IMG/VR virus record: IMGVR_UViG_3300033273_000392
Location: 64,001 to 128,000 of that record
Origin: a virus
Length of the DNA: 64,000 nucleotides
Direction: 5' to 3' (one strand)
Shown here piece after piece: positions 28,754 through 38,260 of the stretch. Positions within the stretch are counted from its first letter, which is position 1; every line of letters begins with the position of its first letter. Below the pieces are notes generated by a model that saw only the letters and a program-made list of their open reading frames with translations, was not told the origin of the DNA and made no database searches. A program made the position numbers and the translations under genes.

Positions 28754-31090
28754 TTATATAAGTCTTTTCTCAAGGTCTCTTCTCATCTTAACAAGCTTAG
28801 TAATACTAGCTTCCACGCTATCTAATCTACTTCCGTATTCATCAGATATTGGTCCACCTTCCATCTCAGCTTCTTGTTCCATATCAAATAAAAGCCGTTG
28901 TCTGTCAAGGTATAGTCCATTTAACTCTTTATTGAGCTTTTCAAGTTTAGCATAAACTTTCTTTATGTCCCTTTCTGCCATTTGTCTTTCTACATTAGCT
29001 CTTTTATCTAACTCAGCTCTTTTTGCTCTCATAGCCATAAGTACTGGGTCATTAATGTCCATTGCCTCATTTACAAATTCAGAGTACTTCTTGACAATAC
29101 CCTTATTTTCTTCTAGGTTGTTAAACTGTTCCATGTTGTTATATATCTGTTCTTTCATGGCATCTATCTCTTTTGACTTATCGATGGCCCAATCAACTCC
29201 TTCATCTCCTCCCCAAATCAACCAAGCAACATATCCTTTATCCTTCCACGGCGTATCTTTGTGCTCGGCAGAAATCTTTGAGTTCTTTCTATGTCTGTTA
29301 AACGCAGCCATACGCTTTACCGTTTCAGCAGATAGGTTTTCACCGTTAGCAAGCTGATTTGCTCTAGCCCATCCAACTGGAGTACCGGCATCAACCTCAT
29401 CTCTACCGTACTTGTCTCTCCACTCCAACGCCTTCTTTGCATTAGCCTTTGCTGCTGCAGGATAATCGTTATATGATTCTTCATTTAACGATGCCTCGGT
29501 AGTATAGACTACATTAGATCCAGACCACACATTTTGAGAAACCTCATAGTATGTCTGTCCTTCATACCTTCTTTTTATAACGCTCCAGTCTCCAGGAAGA
29601 GTCTTAAGAGATTTCTTTATGTATGCCATGTAGAATCTCCCTCTCTTAGAATCAATCTCACTCTTACCATCAGGTGAATCACCCTTAGGTGGAATGTACA
29701 ATGATTCTACTTTAAAGCCCGAATCCAATATATCTACGATAGCTTCTTTCATGATAGCCACGACCGTTGATAGAACTCTAAACTGTTCATGCATATTAGT
29801 CTGGCTTTCATCACCCTTATCTCTATCTGCAAGATTAAACGAAGCGGTTAGTACAACGTATCTTTTGTATTTAGGCTCCTTTTTAGGTTCACCTCCAAAT
29901 GAAAGTTGAAGGACGCCTTCTTTGTGCAGTCCGCCATTTAGCTTACAAATATACTTAACCCCGTCATCATTTATAAACTCCCATGTAAATTCAGCGTCCA
30001 TTCCGCCGTTACCTTTAGAGTTTGTTTTAACCTTAGAATCAAATGAGCCAAGTACCTTTTTAATAGTATCGCCGACTGGCTTATACCTAAACACCTTAGC
30101 AGAAGCGTCTCCGATCTCATTTAGCATGTAGGCCTCAAACGTATATGCCGGGTTACTAGAAATAAAGTCCTTTTTTCTCATAATAGTTTTAGCTATGATT
30201 TGGTTCACCCGCTTTACAAAAGGAATGTTTAGGTCGGTTCTTTTATCCTTAACGATAAACTCATCATATTGCTTCATAAACTTATCAAACTGCTTCTTTT
30301 TCTTGGCGAGCCTCTTAAAGAATCCAATAAGTTCAGCATCGGTAATGTCTTTATCATGTTCGACTCTAGTAAGTCTGTCGAAAAAGTGTTTTGTAAATTC
30401 TACGTCAGTCGGATCTAGAATGTCATCAGCATAATCTTCGATTCTATCCATATTAACCTTTTCCGATACAAAGCCATGTGCGTATCTTTCTCCGTTTCTT
30501 AACAATGCAGAAACTCTTGAGTAACCGTCAATCAACTCTCCATCTATAACGACAATTTCAAAGTCTAAGTCGTATTCACTTACATCATCGGAATGATATC
30601 GTTGTTCACCGCTCTTATAATACGCAGCTAAGTCAGAATCGGTTTTAAGCAATTTCTTAAGATCGATTTTTGTCATCTTAAAGTCTTTAGAAGTTACATC
30701 GTCTTCGAATCCCCATGGAATATCATCCTCTTCTGGAGTAATGCTAACTATATGGTCCCATACTTCTTCGCCAGACCATTTTCTTTCAACAATAAGAGAT
30801 TCATCCATCTTATCTAAAAGATCCTGTCGATCGAGCTGCTTATAAACCTCCCTTCTAGTCTTCTCCATTTTTTCAGCATACTTAGGATCGTCATTTCTGT
30901 TAAAGACAATCTGCTGAGTAAGAGAACCGCTAATCTTCTTAACGTCACCCTTTCTAGTCTTTATAAGCCATGCAGCAAGGTCCTTAATAGAAAGATCTTT
31001 AAATCTGCCTTCTGCATCAGGTGCATCTGAGTGATGAAAGTCAGGTGCTCCCTTAGGCTTCTTTTCATATAGAGGCTTTACGTATTTCAT
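28754..31090 (-). CDS. Multidomain leader-bearing protein / putative polyprotein, including a ParB-like domain
   Basis: ATG at 31090 (MKYVKPLYE) just after GATATATA; ParB-like 'IVVIDGELIDGYSRVSALL'; domains separated by Glu-ending linkers. Confidence 0.65.
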   Translation of the reverse strand: MKYVKPLYEKKPKGAPDFHHSDAPDAEGRFKDLSIKDLAAWLIKTRKGDVKKISGSLTQQIVFNRNDDPKYAEKMEKTRREVYKQLDRQDLLDKMDESLIVERKWSGEEVWDHIVSITPEEDDIPWGFEDDVTSKDFKMTKIDLKKLLKTDSDLAAYYKSGEQRYHSDDVSEYDLDFEIVVIDGELIDGYSRVSALLRNGERYAHGFVSEKVNMDRIEDYADDILDPTDVEFTKHFFDRLTRVEHDKDITDAELIGFFKRLAKKKKQFDKFMKQYDEFIVKDKRTDLNIPFVKRVNQIIAKTIMRKKDFISSNPAYTFEAYMLNEIGDASAKVFRYKPVGDTIKKVLGSFDSKVKTNSKGNGGMDAEFTWEFINDDGVKYICKLNGGLHKEGVLQLSFGGEPKKEPKYKRYVVLTASFNLADRDKGDESQTNMHEQFRVLSTVVAIMKEAIVDILDSGFKVESLYIPPKGDSPDGKSEIDSKRGRFYMAYIKKSLKTLPGDWSVIKRRYEGQTYYEVSQNVWSGSNVVYTTEASLNEESYNDYPAAAKANAKKALEWRDKYGRDEVDAGTPVGWARANQLANGENLSAETVKRMAAFNRHRKNSKISAEHKDTPWKDKGYVAWLIWGGDEGVDWAIDKSKEIDAMKEQIYNNMEQFNNLEENKGIVKKYSEFVNEAMDINDPVLMAMRAKRAELDKRANVERQMAERDIKKVYAKLEKLNKELNGLYLDRQRLLFDMEQEAEMEGGPISDEYGSRLDSVEASITKLVKMRRDLEKRLI

Positions 31091-31095
31091 TATGC

Positions 31096-31103
31096 TATAT
31101 ATC
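31096..31103 (-). promoter_or_regulatory. Late-type promoter motif GATATATA
   Basis: Between the terminator and the ATG of the polyprotein. Confidence 0.6.
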
Positions 31104-31106
31104 AAT

Positions 31107-31133
31107 AAAAAAAGGGGGACCGAATGGTCCCCC
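31107..31133 (-). terminator. Intrinsic terminator
   Basis: Perfect GGGGGACC-GAAT-GGTCCCCC hairpin plus T7 on the minus strand. Confidence 0.85.
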
Positions 31134-31175
31134 TACTAGCCCCCTAAGTTATTAATTTTATACGGCACTTAAAAA

Positions 31176-31418
31176 TTAGCCATTTACTGACTCTGATCCA
31201 ACAACTTCTTGCATTAGGTTATCTATGAGGGTCAGGCGCTCACTAGCGTCTGCGATCTTCCCTACCTGTTTGTCCATCTCATCAATAATTTGAGGATGTT
31301 CACCTATACCTACTGAGTTGTTCGCGTAAATCATTAGAGTCGCGACGGCTTCTAACTTTTGGGCTTTGTACTTAGCTTTTAAAGCTTCAAATTTCATTTT
31401 AGTTATTTCGATATTCAT
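31176..31418 (-). CDS. Hypothetical protein (common phage family, 'VGIGEHPQIIDEMDK')
   Basis: ATGA overlap with the upstream gene puts the start at 31418. Confidence 0.65.
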   Translation of the reverse strand: MNIEITKMKFEALKAKYKAQKLEAVATLMIYANNSVGIGEHPQIIDEMDKQVGKIADASERLTLIDNLMQEVVGSESVNG

Positions 31419-31612
31419 ACTCTGCATTTGCATTTTGTTTTACCGTTGTTAATAACTTCCTGCAAACCTGAAAAGATAATCGCAAATCCCATGAGATCCC
31501 AGAATCGATCTTCTCCTAAATGTAGGAATGATATTAAAACGAACATTATACTACATGTGTAAAAATATGTTTCACCAAGAGACTTAAAAAGTCTAATAAA
31601 CCAATTTTTCAT
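31415..31612 (-). CDS. Small membrane protein
   Basis: 65 aa with two hydrophobic segments. Confidence 0.55.
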   Translation of the reverse strand: MKNWFIRLFKSLGETYFYTCSIMFVLISFLHLGEDRFWDLMGFAIIFSGLQEVINNGKTKCKCRV

Positions 31613-31643
31613 TTTTTCAATAATTTATATAACCAAGTGTTAA

Positions 31644-32552
31644 TTACAAATTTGACAACGTATTGACATATTTGAGAACTGCGAGGTCCTTGGCCTTAGC
31701 CTCGAGCTCAATATCAAGTTCCAATCCATATGGATCGATGTAGTCATAGATATAGTCTGCATGCGCACGATCCATGACAGATTCATCCTCGTAAACTGAC
31801 TTAGCACTAGAGTAGTGACATAGCTGACGAATGTCCTTTGGCCACGTCATAGCAGCTAGATTAATAGCTTGTTCTTGCGTCAATTTACCAGGATGGCACC
31901 AGTGGTGGTGGTAGTCAAATGTAATAGGAATACCCCGCTCAATGTAAAGAGCATGTAGATCTTCAACTGCATATTGAGCAGGCTTATCATCGTTCTCTAC
32001 AACTAGACGCTTCTTAACTGAATCATCTAGCCTATCAAACGCAGCAATAAACCTATTAAGACATTCTCGCTTTCCACCATTAGTTGTGTTAACATGGATA
32101 TTAATAGCGGCATATGGCGACCGTGGTAGTCCCATAAGATCCATAATCTCACCATGTTGGTTTAGGTCCTTGATGGTCTTCTCTACAACTCGAGGCGTAG
32201 GTGAAGCTAAAACATCAAAAGGACCTGGATGAAACGTAATACGTTGGCCATATTTTTTAGCAAGCGTGCCGGCTCCCTTAAGAACATTACAGATCTTGTC
32301 GTAATCCGGAAGATTCGACAATTCATATTCGCTCATCCATGGAAAGATGTCCGAAGACATACGATATAATTTAATTCCATTCTTCTCATTCCACTTGATA
32401 ATCTCTACAAGGTCCTTGACGTTCTGTAAAGCAAGCTCGGATGCATAAGCAATACCTTTATCCATAAAGGTACGCTTAATCATACTGCGATTAGTAGTAA
32501 TCTTTTTGTCTTTAAGAGACAGGTTAATACAACAGTAGCCGTAATTAGTCAT
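31644..32552 (-). CDS. uvsE: UV damage endonuclease UvsE/UVDE
   Basis: 'GYCCIN', 'YRMSSDIFPW', 'TFHPGPF', 'VENDDK', 'FDYHHH', 'AHADY', 'EAKAKD'; probable start MTNYG at 32552. Confidence 0.93.
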   Translation of the reverse strand: MTNYGYCCINLSLKDKKITTNRSMIKRTFMDKGIAYASELALQNVKDLVEIIKWNEKNGIKLYRMSSDIFPWMSEYELSNLPDYDKICNVLKGAGTLAKKYGQRITFHPGPFDVLASPTPRVVEKTIKDLNQHGEIMDLMGLPRSPYAAINIHVNTTNGGKRECLNRFIAAFDRLDDSVKKRLVVENDDKPAQYAVEDLHALYIERGIPITFDYHHHWCHPGKLTQEQAINLAAMTWPKDIRQLCHYSSAKSVYEDESVMDRAHADYIYDYIDPYGLELDIELEAKAKDLAVLKYVNTLSNL

Positions 32553-32748
32553 TTCTAAACATGGATTTAAAGAATGCAAACAAGAATACAGTAACGGCGA
32601 TAGGCCATAATACGCCGGCCCACATGCGCTCAATTAAATTAAGTCTGTTTTCCTCGATCTCCTGACTATCGATAATCTTATCGTAAACATAATTAAATGC
32701 AACTCCACCGAGAAGATAGAGTGAGATATAGGGAATGAATACGCTCAT
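32545..32748 (-). CDS. Small membrane protein
   Basis: 67 aa, two hydrophobic helices. Confidence 0.55.
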   Translation of the reverse strand: MSVFIPYISLYLLGGVAFNYVYDKIIDSQEIEENRLNLIERMWAGVLWPIAVTVFLFAFFKSMFRND

Positions 32749-32760
32749 AGCTATTATATG

Positions 32761-33339
32761 TTAAGTTAGACAAATGTTTCCCTTGCTAATATCAACAAGA
32801 GTCTGACTCCATAACGAAGCCCACTTCCTATCCTTTGGCTTCATGACGTGTCTGGGTTGTTCTGGTATCAATCTAGGAATAGAGTTAACCTTTTCTTTAT
32901 TGTAAGTCTTTCCCGTTGATGTTGCTCTTAGATAGAAGTAAAACTCACGTGTAGTCCCATCAAACTTATCAATCTCTTCTAGGATTCGATCGTTAGAGAC
33001 ATGGAACTCCTTTGAAAGGGCCTTTATAAGCTCACCTATAATCTTGTTATCTGTAGCTATGTGATTCTTCATAATGATATCACGGCGCTTATGGAACTTC
33101 TTTCTTTCATGTTGAATAAGCTGCCTTTCATGTTCTTCCGCATGCCCCTTTGCTTTGATGTCATCTACCTTTTGATGGTAGATCTTTTCTTCAAGATAAG
33201 ATTCATGTGCCAGCGGGCAATACTCAAACTCACCAAACTCTATACGTTGCAAAAGTTCAGGCGCACCCTTATACATGTATTTCTTAGGAAGCTTATGGTT
33301 AGCAGGATAGAATCTACGCCACCATGTAAACTCTCTCAT
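32761..33339 (-). CDS. Hypothetical protein
   Basis: 192 aa ORF. Confidence 0.6.
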   Translation of the reverse strand: MREFTWWRRFYPANHKLPKKYMYKGAPELLQRIEFGEFEYCPLAHESYLEEKIYHQKVDDIKAKGHAEEHERQLIQHERKKFHKRRDIIMKNHIATDNKIIGELIKALSKEFHVSNDRILEEIDKFDGTTREFYFYLRATSTGKTYNKEKVNSIPRLIPEQPRHVMKPKDRKWASLWSQTLVDISKGNICLT

Positions 33340-33509
33340 TCCTCAAAGATTGCGTCAAAGATATCATCGTATGGGATGCCATACTTATGGCTAGATCGTT
33401 CAATCCAACCATTCGCCCAATGTGCCGCATTCTCCCTTTGTTCAGGAGTCTTGCAACTATAGAGAACCTCTCGGACTCTTATTACTCCATGCATTAAGAT
33501 TTCATTCAT
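33336..33509 (-). CDS. Small hypothetical protein (57 aa, MNEILMHGVIRVREVLYSC...)
   Basis: Manually found; ATGA overlaps at both ends. Confidence 0.6.
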   Translation of the reverse strand: MNEILMHGVIRVREVLYSCKTPEQRENAAHWANGWIERSSHKYGIPYDDIFDAIFEE

Positions 33510-33952
33510 GCATCTAGGTATTTAAGGACTAGGTCCCAGTTTTCAAATTTCTTAGTTCCAAAGTGAATGTGTTCTCCGGTAAACTTACTGACCCCGTTCT
33601 TTTTACGGTCATCAATAAGGTAGTCTCCTGAACATAGATTTTTGTGATGACTTAGAATAAGGCGCTTATACGCATTCTTTCCAAGATATCGATCTACCCA
33701 TACTCTTTTATCAGACCATGCGGTAGGATTGCCCCATGGCGCTGTACTTAGAATATAGACATCAAACTTCTTGCATAGCCGCTTAAAAGCAGCAATTGCA
33801 CCATCAACTGGTTCTGGATCAGAGAATAGGTGAGGAACCTCATCTAGATTATCACCGTAAGCTGCCATAACCTGAGGATCTAGCTTGTCAATAGCGGACT
33901 GTAGGTTAACTAGTACGCCATCCATGTCAACGTAAACAATCTTCTTACTCAC
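33506..33952 (-). CDS. 5'(3')-deoxyribonucleotidase (NT5C, HAD family)
   Basis: 'YVDMDGVL', 'ILSTAPW', 'LILSHHKNL..GDYLIDDR'. Confidence 0.88.
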   Translation of the reverse strand: MSKKIVYVDMDGVLVNLQSAIDKLDPQVMAAYGDNLDEVPHLFSDPEPVDGAIAAFKRLCKKFDVYILSTAPWGNPTAWSDKRVWVDRYLGKNAYKRLILSHHKNLCSGDYLIDDRKKNGVSKFTGEHIHFGTKKFENWDLVLKYLDA

Positions 33953-34185
33953 GCGGTCTTTGTGTTATTGACTGACCGAGCAGTGTTATTACCAAAGAGA
34001 AGTCCTGTCAAAAAACAGATTCCGACAGATTGGATAAAGCCGATTTCGTTAATACCATCAATAGCGCCGACAAGAGCGGAATTCCACAAAAGTTGAACAG
34101 GCCAAGCCATAAAGGCGATTACAAGGCCAAGAATAAGGATTCCTCCAGTGTAAACTGAGATGGTTTTTAAAAGTGCGTCTTTCAT
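33949..34185 (-). CDS. Small membrane protein
   Basis: 78 aa, hydrophobic. Confidence 0.6.
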   Translation of the reverse strand: MKDALLKTISVYTGGILILGLVIAFMAWPVQLLWNSALVGAIDGINEIGFIQSVGICFLTGLLFGNNTARSVNNTKTA

Positions 34186-34253
34186 AACGAGTTAGTGTTG
34201 ATGTTACTTGTAAATATACACAAAAAAATTTAAACCTAACAATTTTAGGCTAA

Positions 34254-34598
34254 TTATTTCCAAAAAAGTTGAATAGCAATAAGAGCAGATGCTAAAAGCA
34301 AAGATACTCCAGTCTTTAGGTTAATGCTTTCTCCCATATAATACCATGTTAGAAGGGCAAAAACAATAATACCGCTTGCAAATCCAATAAAACGACCAGG
34401 CCACAAAAGGCCATCAAAGTACTCTACGACATATCGAGTGGCCATAATAAGGATATAGCTAATGACGCTGCCCCCTACGATTGAAACGATAATTGGATTC
34501 TTCTTAAACCAAGGCCACACAAATTGACCATTAGTTTGAAACCAAATAAGAGTCTGTCCAAGTGTAAACAGAAATACACCGTATAGGAAACCTACCAT
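34254..34598 (-). CDS. Four-helix membrane protein (SMR/DMT-like size)
   Basis: 114 aa, four hydrophobic segments. Confidence 0.6.
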   Translation of the reverse strand: MVGFLYGVFLFTLGQTLIWFQTNGQFVWPWFKKNPIIVSIVGGSVISYILIMATRYVVEYFDGLLWPGRFIGFASGIIVFALLTWYYMGESINLKTGVSLLLASALIAIQLFWK

Positions 34599-35224
34599 TA
34601 GAAAAGGCTTTCGGTTTTAGTTAACATATGAGAAATAAAAGACATTCTGTGATGCTCGCATGCGCCATTCTCTTTAATAGCATTCCTATGTTGAGCAGAT
34701 CCATATCCCTTATTAGATCCCCATCCATAAACCGGATAGTCAGATCCAATCTGCTTCATAAGCTCATCACGGCTTGTCTTTGCAAGAATAGATGCAGCCG
34801 CGATAGAAACGTATTTGTTATCACCGCCAACTACAGTCTCAAATGGAACTCCATTAAATCCATGGAACTGGTCGCCATCTACTAAGATAAATCCAAACTC
34901 CATCTTTTTATAAACAGCCTCTAGACATTGTCTCATTCCTTCTAAGGTGGCCTTTAAGATGTTTCTATCTTCTATTACATCAATACCAATATGACGGACC
35001 TCATATGCAAGAGCGTTGTCCAAAACAAGCCTAAGGGCCTCAGCTCTATGATTCTCATTCAGAAGCTTAGAGTCCTTAATAAGCTCATGTTGAAACCCAT
35101 GGGGCATAATACATGCAGCTACCGTAACTGGACCTGCTAGGGCCCCACGGCCAGCTTCATCCACGCCTACCTCAACGATACTTTCGTCTTGGTTATGGCT
35201 TGACTTTAATAGAATGTGCTTCAT
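34598..35224 (-). CDS. rnhB: Ribonuclease HII
   Basis: 'GVDEAGRGALAGPV', 'DSK', 'LVDG', 'IAAASILAKTSRD', 'NKGY', 'HRMSF'. Confidence 0.95.
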   Translation of the reverse strand: MKHILLKSSHNQDESIVEVGVDEAGRGALAGPVTVAACIMPHGFQHELIKDSKLLNENHRAEALRLVLDNALAYEVRHIGIDVIEDRNILKATLEGMRQCLEAVYKKMEFGFILVDGDQFHGFNGVPFETVVGGDNKYVSIAAASILAKTSRDELMKQIGSDYPVYGWGSNKGYGSAQHRNAIKENGACEHHRMSFISHMLTKTESLF

Positions 35225-35254
35225 AGTACTTATACCATGGAGCCTAGCAAAAGT

Positions 35255-35950
35255 TTACTCTCCGTTTGCAATCCTCCATCTATCGTATCTCTGTACGATC
35301 TCTTGTAGGATTTTAGCTCTAACGATATCTGCATCTGTAAACACGTGAAGGCCTACGCCTTTTACGCCTTCTAAAAGATCGATAAAGTCAGGAAGAGAAA
35401 CTCTGTCTAGTGCGATGTCATGCTGACTAGCGTCACCAGTAACAACTACCTTAGAGGATGCTCCCATTCTTGTTACGAATAGCATCAGCTGCTTAAAGGT
35501 AGCATTCTGTGCTTCGTCCAATATCATAAGCGCATCATCAAATGTATCGCCTCTCATATATGCTAGTGGCTCAAATCTTATAACACCTCTATCAAAGAGA
35601 CCCTTAGCTCTTTCTGGTCCTATTATCTTTTCAATATTTGACTTATATGACTTCATATATGGATCGATCTTCTCGTCCTTATCGCCAGGTAGGAAACCTA
35701 GTTTCTCACCAGCCTCTTGAATAGGCTTACAAAGTATAATCGTGTTTATTTCTTTACTATCAAGTAGTTTTAGCGCAGCATAACATGCCGTAAATGTTTT
35801 AGATGTTCCAGCTGGACCATAACAAAAAGTTATGTCACTTTCTAGTATTGTGTCTACGTATCTTTTCTGCGATTGTCTCAGCTGAACTTCTTTTAGCTGG
35901 CTAGCAACTGTCTTACGAGGCTGCTTTTGATTGCTATTGGCTCTTGCCAT
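35255..35950 (-). CDS. phoH: PhoH-family ATPase
   Basis: 'GPAGTSKT', 'EAGEKLGFLPGD', 'LAYMRG', 'ILDEAQN', 'TRMG..SKVVVTGD'. Confidence 0.95.
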   Translation of the reverse strand: MARANSNQKQPRKTVASQLKEVQLRQSQKRYVDTILESDITFCYGPAGTSKTFTACYAALKLLDSKEINTIILCKPIQEAGEKLGFLPGDKDEKIDPYMKSYKSNIEKIIGPERAKGLFDRGVIRFEPLAYMRGDTFDDALMILDEAQNATFKQLMLFVTRMGASSKVVVTGDASQHDIALDRVSLPDFIDLLEGVKGVGLHVFTDADIVRAKILQEIVQRYDRWRIANGE

Positions 35951-35966
35951 TAATCATTAAGTGTTT

Positions 35967-36227
35967 TTAGTCGCCTGCCATTATGACCAGGTCTTTTAAC
36001 TTCATAAGTTTGTCACACTTCTCATACTCCTCTATAACTTCGAAGTACTTTATAAGCAGATCTATAAACTTAGATCTCTGTCCAATTCCATGTGGGATTT
36101 CAATTAACCTATCGTCATCTTTAAACACTACAAATCTGTTCACCGTCTTCGTGAAGTTTCTGGTGATTTGATAGTATGATGCCCTCATAAGACTATCCCT
36201 GTCTCCTCCGTTTAAAAGGTTATCCAT
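35967..36227 (-). CDS. Small protein with C-terminal UvrB/C(UVR)-like motif
   Basis: 'LIKYFEVIEEYEKCDKL'. Confidence 0.6.
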   Translation of the reverse strand: MDNLLNGGDRDSLMRASYYQITRNFTKTVNRFVVFKDDDRLIEIPHGIGQRSKFIDLLIKYFEVIEEYEKCDKLMKLKDLVIMAGD

Positions 36228-36334
36228 TATTAAAGTGTGCCGTTTTTTAGTTCATGCATGTTACTGCAATCATCTGTCTTATATATTTAAGTAGGGCGGC
36301 CTTTGCTTCAAAAATAATATACAAAAATTTACAT

Positions 36335-36362
36335 AAAAAAAATGGAGGCTCATTTGCCTCCA
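36335..36362 (-). terminator. Intrinsic terminator overlapping the bS21 stop codon
   Basis: TGGAGGC-TCATTT-GCCTCCA hairpin plus T8 on the minus strand. Confidence 0.75.
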
Positions 36363-36538
36363 AACTTTTTCTGCACGTACTTTGCCTTTGCTTTCTTCTT
36401 TCTTCTGACCTGAGATTCCTTTTCAAACTCCTGTAGATTTCGAAGTGCACTCATCTGCCGAGTACGAATAACTTTAGATTTGTATTCTTTTAGTGCTTTT
36501 TCAATACCTCCCTTCTTGTCTACTTTAATTCTTAGCAT
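36350..36538 (-). CDS. rpsU: Ribosomal protein bS21 (Bacteroidota type)
   Basis: 'IEKALKEYKSK...LRNLQEFEKESQVRR...KAKYVQ'; 62 aa basic protein. Confidence 0.85.
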   Translation of the reverse strand: MLRIKVDKKGGIEKALKEYKSKVIRTRQMSALRNLQEFEKESQVRRKKKAKAKYVQKKFGGK

Positions 36539-36773
36539 TCTTATGAATATGATTTTTAACCATGACTAGATTAGCACACTTTTTATAGTCCTCTTTATTC
36601 TCATAGAAATCTATCATCTTATCTAACAACTTTATCTTCTTTATTGCGTTATGATTAAACGAGCTGAAGTAATCTAAGTTACTCATAACCGCTTCATAAA
36701 TAATATCGTAATTACTATCAACGTCTACAAGACGGTTTGTGGCAAAGCTGCTGAAAGTATTAAAATTGTGCAT
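36525..36773 (-). CDS. Small protein with C-terminal UVR-like motif
   Basis: 'MIDFYENKEDYKKCANL'. Confidence 0.55.
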   Translation of the reverse strand: MHNFNTFSSFATNRLVDVDSNYDIIYEAVMSNLDYFSSFNHNAIKKIKLLDKMIDFYENKEDYKKCANLVMVKNHIHKNAKN

Positions 36774-37576
36774 TAAGCTTCTCTGATCTGTTTGATTAAG
36801 TCGATTTGGGTTTGATTTAGCTCAGGATATGTAGAGTTAACCCTACACATTAGGTTTCCATTATCGCCAGTGTTATATATCGGATAACCTTTTCCTTTTA
36901 TCCTAAGAGACTTACCAATAGAATTTTGAGGTATGTTTATCTCTAGAGGCCCTTCCATTGTATTGATGGTCTTAGTGCACCCTAGCATGGCATCCCACCA
37001 TGGCATATAGATGTCCACCCAAATATCATTGCCCTGTAGAATAAAGTTAGGATCTTGTATAACATGCACGTTAACTACAAGGTCGCCATTAGGTAGATTA
37101 GAGTTGAATGGATGCGGTGCACCTTTTCCCTTAACATTAAACTTCTGACCGTTCTTTAGGCCTGGCTTAAAGTTTAGTCGGATGCGGTTACCATTGAATT
37201 CAAACTCTTTACTTGTACCGAAGTACGCCTCACTAAAACTTACGTGCAAGTCCATGCGATAGTCATGGCCTTTAGCTTGATTCTGATTACGGAAGTGGCC
37301 ACCAAAGATATGGTCAAACATATCTCCCATGTTTCCATTTACGTTAAATCCTGCAAATGGATTTCCACCAAAGGGATTACCAGAAGACTTATGATCGTAC
37401 TGTTGCCTCTTGTTCTGATCCCCTAAGGTCTCATATGCTTCGTTAATCTCTTTAAATTTGGAGTCATCTCCCCCTGTCTTATCAGGATGGTGTTGCTTAC
37501 TTAGTTTACGATACGCCTTCTTTATGTCATCTTGAGTTGCCGTCTTGTCAACTCCTAAAACGTCATAGTAGCTCAT
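36773..37576 (-). CDS. dnaJ: J-domain co-chaperone (class B DnaJ/CbpA-like, no zinc finger)
   Basis: 'YYDVLGV...IKKAYRKLSKQHHPDK'; G/F linker; C-terminal 'KGKG..GDL' domain. Confidence 0.92.
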   Translation of the reverse strand: MSYYDVLGVDKTATQDDIKKAYRKLSKQHHPDKTGGDDSKFKEINEAYETLGDQNKRQQYDHKSSGNPFGGNPFAGFNVNGNMGDMFDHIFGGHFRNQNQAKGHDYRMDLHVSFSEAYFGTSKEFEFNGNRIRLNFKPGLKNGQKFNVKGKGAPHPFNSNLPNGDLVVNVHVIQDPNFILQGNDIWVDIYMPWWDAMLGCTKTINTMEGPLEINIPQNSIGKSLRIKGKGYPIYNTGDNGNLMCRVNSTYPELNQTQIDLIKQIREA

Positions 37577-37713
37577 TTAACTTTTCGTTTTTCCTCTAAT
37601 CTAGCCTTCGCCTCTCTTCTTGAGCGATACTCTTCTAATTCATTAGCACGATCGAGAGCGTCGGCAATTCGAGTTAGTTGCTGTAAAATCTGATCATATA
37701 TCGTTTCTTCCAT
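37573..37713 (-). CDS. Small coiled-coil protein (46 aa, MEETIYDQILQQLTRIADALDRAN...)
   Basis: Manually found; ATGA overlap with the dnaJ start. Confidence 0.55.
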   Translation of the reverse strand: MEETIYDQILQQLTRIADALDRANELEEYRSRREAKARLEEKRKVK

Positions 37714-38257
37714 GTCGATTCTTAACTAGATCGGACTCACCATTCTGGAAGTCTTGATAAGGTAATGACTTATCTGGCTTTCCCTTGTGAGGGCCGTTTA
37801 CCATTATAGTATCTTTATACGGATTTGTTTCACCTATCTTATCACGTAACCAATCATCTAGGTCTTGTACGCTTCCCTGAAAGTGACGAATCTTTATTTG
37901 CTTTTCATCTTCGTCCTTTAGGTCTACTCGACCATCCGGTACGTTTGATTCATCTAAATCATCTTTAGCAGCTTCACGGTCTTTTGCAGTCTTTATCTTG
38001 GACTTAAGTACCTCTGCCTGTTTCTGTAGCATAAGTCTTTCAGCCTCGGCCTCTGATTGCCTCATTTGTACCTTTGCTAGACTAGATTGCATCTTTCCAG
38101 AAGGGTCATCTGAATCTGACATCTCCTTAGCAGTTTTTATAAACTCCTTTTGATCGTCAAATGCTTTAACAATCTTCTTATTGAGTTTTTTCAGTTTGCT
38201 CTTTACGCTTTTCTTTTTCTCAAATAAGAACTCTTCGTATATCTTAAGATACTTCAT
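37694..38257 (-). CDS. Leader-bearing putative internal head protein (coiled coil)
   Basis: N-terminus MKYLKIYEEFLFE; GATATATA at 38262-38269. Confidence 0.6.
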   Translation of the reverse strand: MKYLKIYEEFLFEKKKSVKSKLKKLNKKIVKAFDDQKEFIKTAKEMSDSDDPSGKMQSSLAKVQMRQSEAEAERLMLQKQAEVLKSKIKTAKDREAAKDDLDESNVPDGRVDLKDEDEKQIKIRHFQGSVQDLDDWLRDKIGETNPYKDTIMVNGPHKGKPDKSLPYQDFQNGESDLVKNRHGRNDI

Positions 38258-38260
38258 ACC

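Noticed and set aside
36525-36773. MHNFNTFSSFATN as another copy of the packaging leader
   Set aside because: Has the F..F spacing but lacks the basic residues and the terminal Glu
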